This document shows positions 1 to 15,500 of a stretch of DNA of 64,000 nucleotides, one piece after another. The stretch is taken from assembly GCF_031769215.1 (NCBI RefSeq), contig NW_026781958.1:744001-808000 (forward strand), given 5' to 3'. Each line of letters opens with the position of its first letter. Position 1 is the first letter of the stretch. This DNA is from Ylistrum balloti (Eukaryota). Made by a program: the position numbers and the translations under genes. The notes beneath the pieces were generated by a model. That model did no database searches and was not told the origin of the DNA. It saw only the letters and a list, made by a program, of their open reading frames with translations.

Positions 1-595
1 TGTCATTTTTTTCTAGGAGAATACTACAACAAATAAAACATGGTTGTTTAATGTCACAAGGCCAACATTGTCTGGTTGCCCCAATACAGGCCCGTTCACA
101 GGTAGTAAGATTTGCACATTTTTAAGAACTGGTGATCAAATATATAGATGTATCATACATTTTCTGAGATTTTTTCCCTGTAGAGATGTTTGCTGGGTAT
201 TTTTAAGTTTTCTTCATAGACAGTGAATATAGTGAAATCAAATCCCCCAGGATTATTACCAACTATACAGTTTACCATAATGTAAAGTTTTCAAATGAAA
301 GAACAGGTACATTGTATGAAAGAAGAATAGTTCTTTTAATATTCTCATAGAATAGTTCTATTCTACCAAGTTATTCCATTAGATATTATGATAGGAAGTT
401 TACAAATGAAGGTCCAGCATTATTCTAAAGGAGCACAGTTTTCTAGTTTACCTAGTTGTATAATTAGACACTGTGATGGTGGGGGGTTGGAAATAACAAG
501 TAAACGACTGATGAACTGCATTCCCTCCCTCTATCATCAACAGAAACCAGGACAATATTATGGATATGATAAATTACAGTAGACATGAGACTTAC

Positions 596-3500
596 TTTGA
601 ACACATGCTCTGGAGTGTTGCTGTCCTTTAGGTTTTGGACTATGACTGGAACTGTACAGCGGTAGGAGTAATGAAGATTATGGAATCCTAGGAATAGCAC
701 ACCTTGGGCCGTCTTTCTCACCTGTAAACAAACATCCTATACTAAACATGGCACTATAGTGTTACTATCTCTGACACAATCTAACATGCATTGAGCTGGT
801 ATGAATTACATTTCATCCTTTCAGAGAGATACCATCCATGGAAATTCAACCCTGCATGCTATAGATCAGGACCAGACTGAGGGTCTGTGCTAGTCCATAA
901 AGTAGATAATTCAATAGTAAATAACTAGGGTTACCATGTCAACAATGAGTATTTTATTTAATTAAAATGTGAATACAGTGGGCTTTGATATCAGATTTAC
1001 ATACATCACTGTATCGGCTCACAGACAAGCTCAGGAGATCCAACAGCATGGTCTTATGTCTCTCAGTGAAAAGCCGTCTACAGCCATTCAACATTCGAAG
1101 CTGAAACAGAGTCAGGCCACCAATTATCCTAATAATGCTGATCAAGAAATGTGTGGGTTTGAATGATTTTAAACAGACTCCAATGAATCAAGCTGAAATT
1201 CGCCAGGAAATAAAATTTATAACTTTATAAAATTTATTGTAAATAAATGAAATTTTAGTACATTATCACCTTTTGATAGACAACATAAAGAAACCCTAAT
1301 TAGCCCAATCATATTTCAGCACAATACTCCCTGTGCGAAAAGTTGTGAAAATCAGATTACGAAACGGATAAAACAAGTACATTTATAGTATACTTATGTG
1401 TCATTTTCAAATGTATTTCTGTAAGATAAGATACCCAGAAGAGGTGTTATATATGTCAGAACAATAAATCTGTATCTTACCTCCTGCTGCAGTTGTACTC
1501 GATCTACAAGTATTGCTCGTATATGGCGTTTCTTAGTCCTCATCTGTCAACAAGCAAATTCACAAGTGAATCTAGGTTTTATTACTCAAGCTTCATGAAA
1601 AATCATGACTGAATGTGTTATTCATATAAGTCTAGGACTTCCCAAATATCCAGCAATTTCAAGCTCTCATAAGGATGTTAGATGACACAGTGACACTAGA
1701 ATCCAAGGTTGGGTTGGAAAAACATCTGCCATTTGCATCAAGATTTAAGCATACTTTAAATGCTAATTTTATCAAATCTCTTTCAGAACAATGAAGGCAA
1801 AAAATGATTGTCCAGTAACAAGCAAAATGATTCCAAAGTGCATTTCTTCCAGAGACTAACTAGCTGTTTCTACAATCTCATTTGTCCAGGGACAAGCTAA
1901 ATGATTTCATAATCCCTCTCATCCAGGGATGAACTAGTTGTTTTCACAATCCACTTTGTCCAGAGACAAACTAGCCAATTCCAAAATGCCCTTACGTCCA
2001 GGGACAAACTAGATGAACCCACAATGTCCTTTTTGTTCATGGACAAACTAGCTGAATCCACAATGTCCTTTTTGTTCATGGACAAACCAGCTGATTTAAC
2101 AATGCCCTTCCCTATTTAATGTTAATACGCCCAGATATACAAATTTGTTTCCTGCTTGACAAGGTACATACCTGATCCTCAAGTGCTTGCTTCACTGAGT
2201 GAAAACTTTTCCATCTTTTATCAAAGTCATTCTTCTGAGTTCCATTGAAGAACATTACAGTTTCATATATCTGTTCAGAAAGAAATATTGATTATTCACT
2301 TAAACAGTATGACAATAAATAACATGTAATCACCCTTAATTCAACACTGCTTTCAACGCCTTCACAGGAAAGTCACAGAAGGTGTTACACAAACTTCATC
2401 AATCCATAGAGGATATTGTTTAAAGCTTAAAGCTCAAATTAGCAAGCTGACATGAGCAGACATTTCTACTAGGAGACATCGCTATCATCACATTAAATGT
2501 TTTCAGATCCCTATCATGGTACAATTCCTTTGTTATCAGCTATCATCACATTAACTGAGAGATCACCATATCATGGTACAATTCCTTTGTTATCAGCTAT
2601 CATCACATTAACTGAGAGATCACTATATCATGGTACAATTCCTTTGTTATCAGCTATCATCACATTAACTGAGAGATCACTATATCATGGTACAATTCCT
2701 TTGTTATCAGCTATCATCACATTAACTGAGAGATCACCATATCATGGTAAAATTCCTTTGTTATTAGTTGACTAGACACATCTCTAAGCTTTTATAAGCT
2801 TAGAAGTCAAACACATGATTCCTGTCATTCAAAATTAGGGGTGGGCTTATTTACAGTCAATGATACAAAGTTCAGTTATTACAAGATAAATTCAGTATAT
2901 TTAAAAAACATATCTTGGCTAAACGCCAAACAACCAGATAAATATGCATGATATACACCAAATTTTTATTAGACACTGAACTGTGACTGAAAAATCACTT
3001 CCTGATGTACAATATTGATAAATTCACCCATCATTTCTACAAAACTTGAGTTTGATCAGCCATGACTCAATAATTCCAATCTACAGCAGCATAAAAAGCC
3101 ACGCCTACCTGTATCAACTTGAACAAGCTCTTGGTATCATCTTCACATGTAGCCAGCATATGAGCTATACAAAAAGAAAGAAAATGGTTACAGAGGATCA
3201 ATAATGGAATTACCGGTGAAATCTTTGAAAGCTTTAAGCACTATCTCTGTATAATTAAGACTTTTGTTATTGATATCACAACAAACAATGCTTTGGACCT
3301 TCACATCATGTGGACCACATCAAATTCAAGGTGACTTGAGACATGCTAAGTTTCTGTCTCTGTGATACCCCACCACCTAATGTCTACTTACACAGGAGAG
3401 GGCGGACAGCATCTACCACAGTTTCTCGTACATTTCTGCCATTCAATGTTATACCTGGCAATTAAGTCACATAAGAGCTTTTAATGACCAAAGCACATAC

Positions 3501-6500
3501 TAGTATCCTTAAAACATCTTCATCAAAGACTTAAAATCAATACCAATGATACCTAATCTTCAAAAAATAAATTGCAGCCAATTAACCCTACAGGTAACAA
3601 GGTCATTCTCACGGAACAACATTGTAGACTGTTACAAGGTATATCGTTCTAAACAGATTTTAATTAATATGTTTAGGGCAAAGTATTAAAAATACTTCAA
3701 TTCATAATATTATGTTGTTCAAAATCTACCTTATAAATACTGAACATGAGTTTTGCTTAAAATACAAACTGCATTGGTTCTACAAGTATCACATCCATTC
3801 AAAATTAACTTAAAGAGAGAACATGTCATGTTTTCAATCAATTTGCTTTAGAAATTGATGATAAGTAAATCAGATATTATCTACATCAGACAAGTGTGAT
3901 ATTATGGAAAACATACATGTCACAGGAATCATTATACCTATAGCCCATGTCACCATTATTTACAAGTAATCACTTTAACATACTTACAGGAGTGTTGGCC
4001 TGTTGACTGACAATGCTGTCGGCGTAGGGATACACAGCTGTCCACTCTACAAAATACAGTAATCAAAATCCATACCTGATAACTTTATCAAAAACAATAT
4101 CTATTTCATTTGTAAATCAAAATTATTTCAATATAAACAATTACATATCTACATATCTCCCCACATGGGTAGAACACGACCAGCCTGGAGTAAACACTTA
4201 AATCTCTACAACAGCATCCTCCCACATGGGTAGAACACAACCAGCTCCGAGTAAACACTTACATATCTACAACAGTAGCCTCCCACATGGGTACTACACA
4301 ACCAGCTCCGAGTAAACACTTACATATTTACGACAGCATCCTCCCACATGGGTAGAACACAACCAGCTCCGAGTAAACATTCCAGGATTGCATTCAGTCT
4401 ACGCAGCAATTCCTCTCTACAAACATAAATGTAACTTGCAGGCATTTTACTAGGAAATGGGAAATTTTCAGATTTTTTTACTTAAAGATTTTTGCTGGTG
4501 AAAGAAAACTGAAAGGTAGCAATCTAAACTAGGGCAACACATTACATTATCCATCTAAAAGTATAAGTTGAAATGACTTGTTTCGCTTTTGTTACAAAAC
4601 AAACAAAGTTCAAATTTGACTTATCGTAAATATTTCCAATAGGTCACTTTCTATTGGGACATTCTAGACCTGAGTGTTGAACAAACACTAAATCAGGTGT
4701 GTATAGAGCACTAACCTGTTCATTTGATTATCTGCTGACACAGTCTTGATGGCCTCAAGCTCTGGTTCCAGAATAGCATGAAGAATCTCAGATGCAAATT
4801 GCATTTCCTCGTCATTTGGTACGTGCCATTTCATCTGTAAGTTGTGGATGTCACCTGGCATAGCCCACTCCTAAACACAGATGACACACAAAATTGGTCA
4901 AGCTTGGAGAAAGGATTCACCAACATGGAAAACTTCAATGTGAGCAAGATTAGACAGTGTTTTGTGTTGTACAGCATGTTACTTCAATTGATCAAAGTCA
5001 AGGAGGTCAAGCACTTTGATATGTGCCAGAAAACTCAAGACCTTTTTTTAAAAAATTTCAAAAATATTCACATGTAAGATCTGTTTTACTGAATGTTACA
5101 TCTAGATTATAAGGCAATATGTAATGAATAGAAAGAAACAGTCCCCTCTCCCCCACATCAAATTTTGTAAAACATTTATCTTGCAGGAATAAGGACTATG
5201 TATTATATAAATGATATTTCCATAAAGTTTCAAGATAATTTTGCAAAATTTTAAATGTATTATACATGTTTTGAAATATGTTCCTGCAAATTTTCAAGAC
5301 ATTTTTCAAAATTCAAAGACTTTGAAAACTCTATCTATTGTGGATTTTGTGGACATGTACATTAGCAATACTTGTGATACTCACATTGATAGCTAGCCAC
5401 TCTGAGAATGGTTTATCAAGAGATCCTGCACAACTTTTGTAGTCTAGAGGATAGATAAGTGTAAGAGCCCTGAGTAGATAACGTAATAACTGGCCAGCCA
5501 GCTCATAGCCCTGGATACATTTCAGGTGAAGGGTCATCTGAATTATTTCCAGTAGCTCCACTTTGTATGGCAAGAGTGCTGCTCCATCACAACGCACAAG
5601 CTGCAGAATCATAAATGTACAAAATACTTCAAATATATCCGGCAATTCCTATTATCCCACAATAAGGGTGTCCACCTGTGTCTAATTCTAAACAAAATTA
5701 AAGTGCTGACCCCTGGGCTTTTTGCAACAACAATATAATATTTTGAAAAACTAAAATTTATGTTGATTGAAACACAAATTCAAACATAACAGTAAATTCT
5801 TAATATAAATTGATTTTGTTTAACAGTTTATAGTTTTTGTTACACGCAAAGTTCATATGACAAAAAATACCTGAGGTAGCATGATTAAATTCCATAAAAA
5901 GCTATCATCCAGTTGTTCCTCATTTTTGAGATCTTCATCTGAAAAATAAATTTTCAGCAATATACAACTGCACTATATTATCATATCTTATAGCAATTAC
6001 TCATTATGGTTAGTACATTTATGCAATATTTGAACTGAAAATAAGTGCAGCACTTGTCAAGATCATGGTGAAAGGTCAGGTAAAGATCATTTGATGGAGA
6101 AAACACAGATTGATTATGTCTCATTTGTAAGAAAAAGTAACCAGGCCACAATGACAAATGATATATTTATCAGCTGTCATATTTTGAAAGTAAACTTTTT
6201 GATATTCCAGTGATCTGGTTCTTTGTTAAATTCAAGGTATTTAATCCTCACAACATCCTCACACCAGCAAAGGCCATTTGGGCCATTCAAAGTAATGATT
6301 TCTGTTTTATAATATATTACAGTTGTAACGGTAAAATATTTCCAACACATTTTATCTTCCAGAAGTTTGCCTCTATGTTATTTACCATATGTTACCTAGG
6401 TTGTGACCAATATTCTATCCTCTACACAATCTTATCTGGAAAAATCCTAATTTCTTCTGCAAACATCAGTAACATTTTTTACTTACGATTTTCTAGCAAA

Positions 6501-9500
6501 TTCTTAACATCAGAGCACAGATGTGACAGAAATTTCTTCAGGGTCAATTCAGGGTTCACCTGGAGGTAAAAAATGGTCAACAATGTCAACATATACCAGA
6601 AAGACCACAAAGACTTTGCAGTGGAGAGGTGTCTTTTAACCAGATGTAGAATTAAGAGTATTGATTCTATGACTCAAAAAGAATTTTTTCAAGCAAAACT
6701 CTGATCAAACATTTCCAACATTCTGATCACAGAGTAATTATAGATGGATAGAAACTTCTATGAATTCTTATCACAGTTTTCAAGACAATGGTCTTACGTC
6801 TCAGGAAAATAAAAACAAGAGGTCCAAGGGGCCTGCATCACTAACATGGCTTGTTCAGCTATTCAGTAATTTAACAAAGAATTTCAAACATGACAAATAA
6901 CTTCTTCCCTATTGGGGTCCAGCCTTCTGGTCAAACAGAAAACAGATTCACCATTCAATAAAGTTGCAACACACCACATCTGGAAAATATCCTTGTACGG
7001 AAGGGTTTTAAAGAACTTATATTTCCCCTAATGGACCCCAATCATTTAATTTCTTTGTAGAGATGAAATTATTCTTTTCACCATTAATGTCCCTCATCAT
7101 CAAATACATAAGATACCAAAGTTTGTCAATACCTTGGCTACAGCTCGACATAGGTTGCCAGCAAACCTGCCTCCAACTCGGCTCTCAAACACACTGCCAG
7201 TCACAAATCGGTGGATTCTGTCTAAGGCTGACTGTAAAATTTATTGCCAGTTCATTAATAAGAAGGCTTGTCTGAATGTAAAATTCAGCAGGTACATCAT
7301 ATTTCATAAAGAACAAGCCAAACATGTCAAACTGATAAAAGAAAACCACATTTTAATTCCGTAGCATATTTCTCACAAGATTTTTCATACAATAATATCC
7401 CATAATTCTGTATAAACAGACTGATAATCTGGTAATTGAAAAATTCACCAGCTCTGTAAATTTCAAATTTTAATTCAATCATCAAGGTAACTATAATAAC
7501 AAGATTTCATTAGAATAGAGAAAACTAAGACTTATGAGCAAACCTTGAAAATTGGCGTAGAACACTGCTGAAGAACTGACACAGCTGTAGATGCCAAGCC
7601 CACCTCCAGCATACTTTGCTCTAGGTTGAGGCGTGTGACATCACTGTGAACGTGTTCCTGGGCACTGTTTTCAATAAGTGTGAACACCCTACAAACAGAA
7701 TCACATCAGTATAATTATACATCAATATATAGGTCTTCCCATAACATTAAATACACATTACTTTCTAAACAATGCCTTTTATCAATACAGGTGGATTTTG
7801 TCACTTTCATTTCATTGGTTGGATAAAAATTTTCATAGGAGATTTAATTTTGCTATATTCGCATATATTTAAGGAGGCATTACATGAAATGATACTACAC
7901 TAAATTGTCATAAGTATGATTACAGTATGTGTGCCTACACCAGATATGGAGGGACTCGTATGCAAACGTTGGCAGATGTAAGTGCAAGAATATTTGCCCA
8001 AAATATAATTTTCAGAAAATACATAGAGGAAACAAAACACACAAAACCAAACAGGTCTGTATTTACTACTTTTCTAAACATTCTTCACAATTTACCTGTC
8101 AAAAAACTGGAGAACAAAGTCTTCAAATTGAGCAGTTGCTGAGCAGAGTTCCTTTTCTTCCTGAAAATAAAATACAAAATTGAAGATCATGGCAGTGTTT
8201 TGGAGAATGTTTAGATAAGATCATTTTCAAATATAATCAGGATTACTTCAAACACTAACAGATTTGATAGTTGATCTTTGACATTTAAACGTTTAAAGAA
8301 TTTCAGGTTTTCTTTTTTTTTTTTTTTTTTTGCTTTTTTTTCCTAGCTTAGATTTTTTCCATAATATTTTGGTAATAACAGGTGTGAAAATTTTTTTACA
8401 TGTCTCCCACCAGCAAACATGCACTTAATGGTGGAAGAACAAGTGTACATGTGTAACTCGTGGTTTTTGTAGATTTTAAATACTGGTATCCACCTACCTC
8501 TGTCAAATCATCCTTAACAAACACAGCCTCAGAACAGTCTACTATCGGGACTAGAGTAACAAAAGTGGAAATCATCTGGAAAGTGATCTGGATTAAAAAG
8601 AAAATATTTTTCTCATTTAGTCAGTCATCATCCGATGTAGGGTCAACATAAAAAAGATCTTGTTGATCAATTTAAATTCTGGTAGAAAAACTGCAACACT
8701 CAACTTCAAACTTATTTCCTAATCTCTTTGCTTTCTGTACCAGAGAAAATTGCACTGTGCCATTTTCTTTCAGTGATAGTGCAATTGAATTTGGAAAAAA
8801 ATTGACAATATTTAGGAGTGAGGGTTGAAGAGTTAAAGTTATCATATTTTCATTAAAAAGAACAAACTTGTTTAGAAAGTAAACTCTATTTTCAAATGAC
8901 ACATGAGGCTCTTTCAATGGTGACTTACAAGACATTTCTTGAAGTCATTAGGGTCGATTCCCGGAAGGGAGAGATTGAGAAGTGGCAGTAAGTGAGAGCG
9001 ACCCTCTGGGTACCACTTCCTGTTATGTAGCATGGGTCGTGCCACGGCCACAATACAAGTCATACAGGCGATCAGACGGTGGGGTTCAATCAGATTCTCC
9101 ATCGCGGGGTACATCCTGTAGTGCAATACAGTAATGAGTAGACATTTCATAACAGTTTCAGAATTATAGGTCTTTTATATTTTGTAAAATTTGAAATACT
9201 CTTCATAAACATGTTCTAGTTCAAAAACCAATTCTGACTCTTCAAAGAGAGTTTTCTCTTAATTCAGCAATACAAAACTTTCAATTTATTACTAATATTT
9301 TCTTCCCTCAAAAATAATGTTTTGCAACAATCAGTTCAAAGTCAACCAGCAGGTTTTCTCACCAATCAAGAAGTGGGTACCAAAACATTTGGCCGAGGTT
9401 ATTTTCACCCTTATACCTTTATATACAACTTTGCCTTGTTTATTTCACCCTCTCAGAATTATGTAGATATAGGTGAAATAAATTTCTGCCCTTATTTTAA

Positions 9501-12500
9501 ATTTGCCTTCCTTGTTCATTAAACTTAAGCAAAAATATATAAAGAACAAGACAAGAGCAGTTTTATTGATAAGCAATGAAAAAGATTTCCTTCAACACTT
9601 CAGCTCAGTGCAGCCTAGCCAACACGTTTTTGGTAAAGTGCTACAAATCATGGTAAGAAATAACAGGAGATGCAAGCTTATTAAAATATTTTTAGACAAG
9701 GAGGCAATCCTTGTTTCCATACTTACTTTTCTAACAAGGTTGGAATGATGATCTCTGGCCTCATGTTGGACAGATGTCGGAGAGCAATGGCGGAGTCATG
9801 ACTGCCATATTTACTAAACATAGAGACAAACACAACTGGTTTCATACTCTCCACAAATCTGGTGATGTCATCTTCAGACAACTTGTGGGAGTCTGGAACC
9901 TGGTTTTCCCAAGAAGGCTTTTGATATCGCTCTCTGTAACACAAAATACAGTAAAATAGTAAGTATATAAAATATAAAACCGTAGGATAATCAATCGCAA
10001 CAAGAACAAGAGGAGGATGGTCCGGGGGTAGTCAATCTCCCGTCCGCCATCGTCCCTTATTATATATAAAATGTTACAACAGTCATAAACTAAAGAACAA
10101 ATACTGGTATCACAACATTCGCATACAGTATAGAGGAATTTATTACACTGTTTAGGACGAACAATCCTTAAAAAGATAATTCACATTATTCAAATACTGT
10201 AGACTTCAACTTCTATCTGCTGTGTCACATCGGAGGAGGACCCATTCTATAGTAACATCATTAGAGAACCCCTACACCCCAGCAGTTCAGAAATAATCAA
10301 TGTTTAAATGACAAAACTTTTACTGACTGGTATGATATACTCTTCAAGAAACTAAATTGATTTACTTAAACCTATAAAGGTTTATTCATTCTAATTTTAC
10401 ACGAGTTGAAATATGAATCAACATGAAAGGTATGTAAATTATTGATAAATAATTTGATGCACCTGAGCTGTCTTATAACCCCAAACTGTATCAGATTCAA
10501 TTTCACTTGTAAAATTACCTTCTAGCCATATCCTTACCCTCTACCCACACTTTCTATCCCCATCCCCTGTTCCCACCTCCCCTCCTTCCTCACCTGTGTA
10601 TCCTCTTCACAAAGAGACGGGGGAATGTCATCAGTAAACCACTAAGTTTTACCTGAAAAAGTGAAATATTCAAATACTTGACAAGTCACATATCAAATAT
10701 ATCAATCGCTCTGCACCTATATCATACTTTTATTTCCGAACATAAATATTTAGAAATGTAATTCATATTGAAAATTTCTGACTTTGACTATTATTATTAT
10801 TATTCAATTTGGTTTTCTTGAAAGTAAATCAGCCTTAATGGAGAATTTCACTTGTTTGTTTGCCACGTTTCCTTGTGAACAGGCGGAGTCTCCTTGTAGT
10901 AGCTGGTGGCTGTCTGAACAACGTACAGGAGACCTGTTACATGCTATCCAAAGGAACTGGATTAAAGTATCTAGCCCATGGACACAATCTCTAAAGAAGA
11001 GCACAGCTCTTTTCAACATTAATTGAGAAAGATAAATAATCCTAAGTAGGCATTGTCAAACCATACACCTTGAAACATCACCTAAATGTGTCTCAAGTAA
11101 AGTATATTTTTTAAAATTTATTTAACCAGATTTATGTCTGCTAGGTCTACTACATTTCAATAACCAATAGTCAACCCTAGGTCACAACAATAACTCAGAA
11201 ACAACCCTAGGTCAAAACAATAACACACACTCAACCCTAAGTCACAACAATAACACATACTCAACCCTAGGTCAAAACAATAACCCTTACTCGATCCTAG
11301 GTTAAAACAATAACACATACTCAACCCTAGGTCAAAACAATAACCCATACTCAAACCTAGGTCAAACAATAACCCATGCTCAACCCTAGGTCAGAGCAAT
11401 AATACATACCCAACCCTATGTCAAAACAATAACCCATACTTAACCCCAGGTCAAACAATAACCCATGCTCAACCCTAGGTCAAAACATTAACCCATACTC
11501 AACCCTAGGTCAAACAATAACCCATACTCAACCCTGGTTTAAAAGATAAATAGATTTGACTTACATTCCATTTTCCAAGATTGGAGGGATGGTAAAATGT
11601 CTGTAGGGTTTTGAAGATCTTGTCTAAATAATCTTGTACACCAGAGTTACCTCCCTGCAAAAATTAAATGGAAAAGAAACATTTGTAAAAGTCTTTTTCT
11701 CTCATGTAAAATAAAAACAAACAAAATCTTAATGTACTTGTACATGAATGGCATTTACCTTTTGTCACCATTTGAAAATAAAATCCAAGTTGGATATGCA
11801 ATGAAATGTGTTCAATGGTTATGTAGTTTGCTTATGTTCAGTATGTAATTTGAGAATACTTAGAACTTTCTTATTTAAATACCTGTCACAGATGTTGACA
11901 TAAGTTAAGCTCTAAAGGATGAAAATCCTAAAGAAAAACACAACAGAATTTTTCTCAAATTCGACAAAAAAAAAGTAATTGTTTGACTAAAATTTGAAGC
12001 TAATGATTGTAAAATTAAGAGAAAAGAGATAAGTCATTGTCTTACCAGCATGGCGATGATCCACTGAACAGAGGAAAACACATCATAGGTGTTATTAGAC
12101 CTGCCCACCTTCTGTAGGCGAGTCCCTACAGGTAAATTAAAACTACGAAGGAACCGATTGAAAATCTGAAATTGAATACAAAATGAAAGTTGAGAGAAAG
12201 AGAAAACAGAAATCTTTTTATCACAGTAGATGGCTTTTGTTTGATATATATGACATCTAACATAGTACATAAGCAAGCGTAACTTGATTAAATCATGGCA
12301 ATAAAATTGTACTGTAAATGAATGCCACTTTTCATTATAAAGTGAAAATCATTGTTTATAATTCATGTCATCATACGAACAATGTTTGATCAGAATTGCT
12401 GTTGATGAAATCAAACCAATTCTCACACATTGTTATAAACTTACCTGACAAGTAAAAGGGCTCCAGTCGATGTAGCCAATGTTGTCGTTAGCAAGACGAG

Positions 12501-15500
12501 AAAACAGATTTACAAGTCCCTGAGAATAAAACACACATCAAATTAACATTATTCTTGATTCATACACAGATATTTAACAATTCCATTTTTTTAATTATCC
12601 ATATTTTATTGAAAAAGACAAGATTCATGATATTATCCCGAGAGAATCTGTATTAACTTACCGATTCCCACTTTGGATTATTCTGGAATGAATTCCATAT
12701 ATCCATAAACTCTGTGAACCAAAGTCTGAAACATGAAATCAGAACATTGATAAATCCTTATATAACGGATAACATTGAAATAACGCAAAATTGAAGTCAC
12801 CTGCCTCTAAGATAGAAATCCTGAGAACACCAAACAAGATCTGGATAATTTTTGTTTACAATCTGTCTCATCCTTATTCATTGAAATTGCTTCACTGTAA
12901 AACTTCTATTCTGTAGTTTGAAAAACTTACTTAATATGTATTCAATAAATGCTGAATAATTTGACCTGTAAAAACCTGTCTAATGTGAACATGTAAACCG
13001 TGTATAATTTTGATCTCAAACGCTGTATAATCTGCAAATGTATCTCCTGTCAAACATCTAAAACCTGACTTACCTGTACCCAGTAAATACTGTCTAATCT
13101 GACATTTTAAACTTGCCAAATCTGACCCTTAAAACCTGTCTAATATGTCCCCAGTAAATCCACTCTAATCTTTTCTTTGTATCTGTAAAATGTAAAACCT
13201 GTTTAATCTGAACAGATATAGTTGGTACAATGTTTTCTCTCCATACATGCTCCCTTTCAATAACATACCATAGTATTGGGCACTTACTTCCATCCATGTT
13301 CCTGTTGATGAGGTGGGAGGTTGGTGGGAAGAAAATACTCAAAGTAGTGGATGGCTTTTATGTTTGTTACATCAAATGGACACATTAAAGGTCGCCATTC
13401 CTCTAGCATTTCCTTTGTAGCCTCCAATGGAAAGTAACTGAAAAACAAATATTCTTTTCTAAAGGCATGATCCATGTACATGGTACAATGTGTTCAACTT
13501 CAATAAAATTCTGGGAAGCATTGTGACTACAAAATTGTTAAATAATCAGGAATAAAACACATGGTAGTTTTAATTATCTTATAATTATTTTAATCTTTGA
13601 ACTTGATAGGATCAAGACGGTCAACATATCAGACTGTTTCATATTCCAATGAGAACTTACTGCCGACAGTGTTTGATCAGGTTCTTCAGGACGTTTTCAA
13701 CATTACTGCAGACAGAAAAAAATTAGTTATTTCAATTATGTTATCAATTCAATAAATGCATATTAAAAATGACGAACTAATGTTTAAACTGCTTCTAAAT
13801 ATTTCAACAGATATCCTCGTGGTATACATCAATGGCACCGTAAAATAAGTTTGAAATATACTATAGAATTTGAATCTAATTGAATCAATGCATTAATCAG
13901 TATTTCATATACCTGAATTATTGCTAAAAAACATCAATACACGACATCCTTACAATGTTAAGTTGATGTGGGCTCTTTCTGATGTATACTCTTACTTACG
14001 GAGGAAATAACTGCAGGCCGTGAGGTTCATAGGGAGAATAAGCTACAGCTTCTACAAGTTGGTAGAGGGGGCGCCAGGGCAAACACAAGTCTTCTCGTGA
14101 TAGTAGTTTTCTCTTCCTGAAATAAAAAAAAAGTTATCTATATATATACACATATAACACCTTCCAATGTTTTTTTCTCTTTTATGTGTCTCTTTTAAAT
14201 GTAGGTTTGATAAAGATTTTAATCTGTAAAATTAAAAAATCAATCTTTGAGTTCAAAATGGAAGATTTAAAGTGCCAGCATCACATCCAGACTAATAACA
14301 ACAGATGTTGATTTTCAAAACATGTTTTATATGAAATTGTGTTTGATGTCAACCCTGATATGTTTAAATGCATTAGCAGTGACAGAAACATTTAAAAGAT
14401 AATTGAAAACTTAGTCACTTCATACACAGTACTAGTACATGTATATACACCTATATGAATGAAACTTTGAGAACACAAAGATCTACAGAAACTCTACTAA
14501 TAATTTCTAAATAAATTCTAATACATGACATGTACTTACTTCAATAAACTTATCAACTGATTGGCAAACATTTGAATAAGTGAAAGCTCCAGGTCTGGTA
14601 TGAGAATCAACTCATACATGAGTTTGATTAATGCTATGTGGTCTTCTTTAGCAAACTTTAGTCCATAGAGTCGGATATACCTGATAAAAGAAAGAAAAGT
14701 TTATCATGAAAAAAATATACTGACAACGCAATGAAAATGGGTACTTTTTAATTCATTGTTATTACATTTTTGTAGCTGCAGCACAGAGATTATAAATCTT
14801 CGACTGTATCTTACCAGTACTTTTCCAAGTACTCAGTAGTCCTTTTGATTTCATTAAGTCTCTTTATCCTTACTTATTTTCAAATACAGATGCAATGCAG
14901 TGTTTTGTAAGCTGAGTATCTTCCCTTCTATTGGCAATTTTACATTGAATTCAAATTTTAAATTTTCACCTTTAAATAAGTCAGTTTCAATGTGGGATAT
15001 AAGATTTATCTGTGATTATCAGAAAAAACACAATGTTAACTGGATATATCTCATTAGGTATTTTTTGACAATATAATATTTCAAGTAATTTTTTTTAAAT
15101 ACAAATCTCAGGAGAGCTTAATTTCTTTTCAAATTATATATCTGTTGCCTTTGAATCAACAGCAATTGCCAAAATTTAATAAATCAATTCTGGGGCAATC
15201 ATTTAATGTTTTCTCAAGTGAAATCTGATGTGGAATATCATCATACTCTGATTAAAAAATTCAAAACATATGTTATCATTTTGCATACTGGTTGACAGAA
15301 ATTTCCATGGACAACTGTGTGTATGCTGTAACTACAGAGATTATATTTCTGATGTCATCTATCTAAAAATAGCTAGAGAACTTTATCTTTATCAGTATCA
15401 ACATCAATTATGCTTTTTCATTCACCAATATGGCTGCTACACTCATACAAGTTGGATTATTGATAATTTTTTATAAAAACAACATACAGTTGTGGCAAAG

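Noticed and set aside
1-595. A further PSME4 exon (expected GALYCLLG-like peptide)
   Set aside because: No matching frame found on the minus strand; the next exon is presumably outside the window.
2497-2775. 92-aa repetitive ORF
   Set aside because: Translation of the 57-bp intronic repeat, antisense to PSME4.
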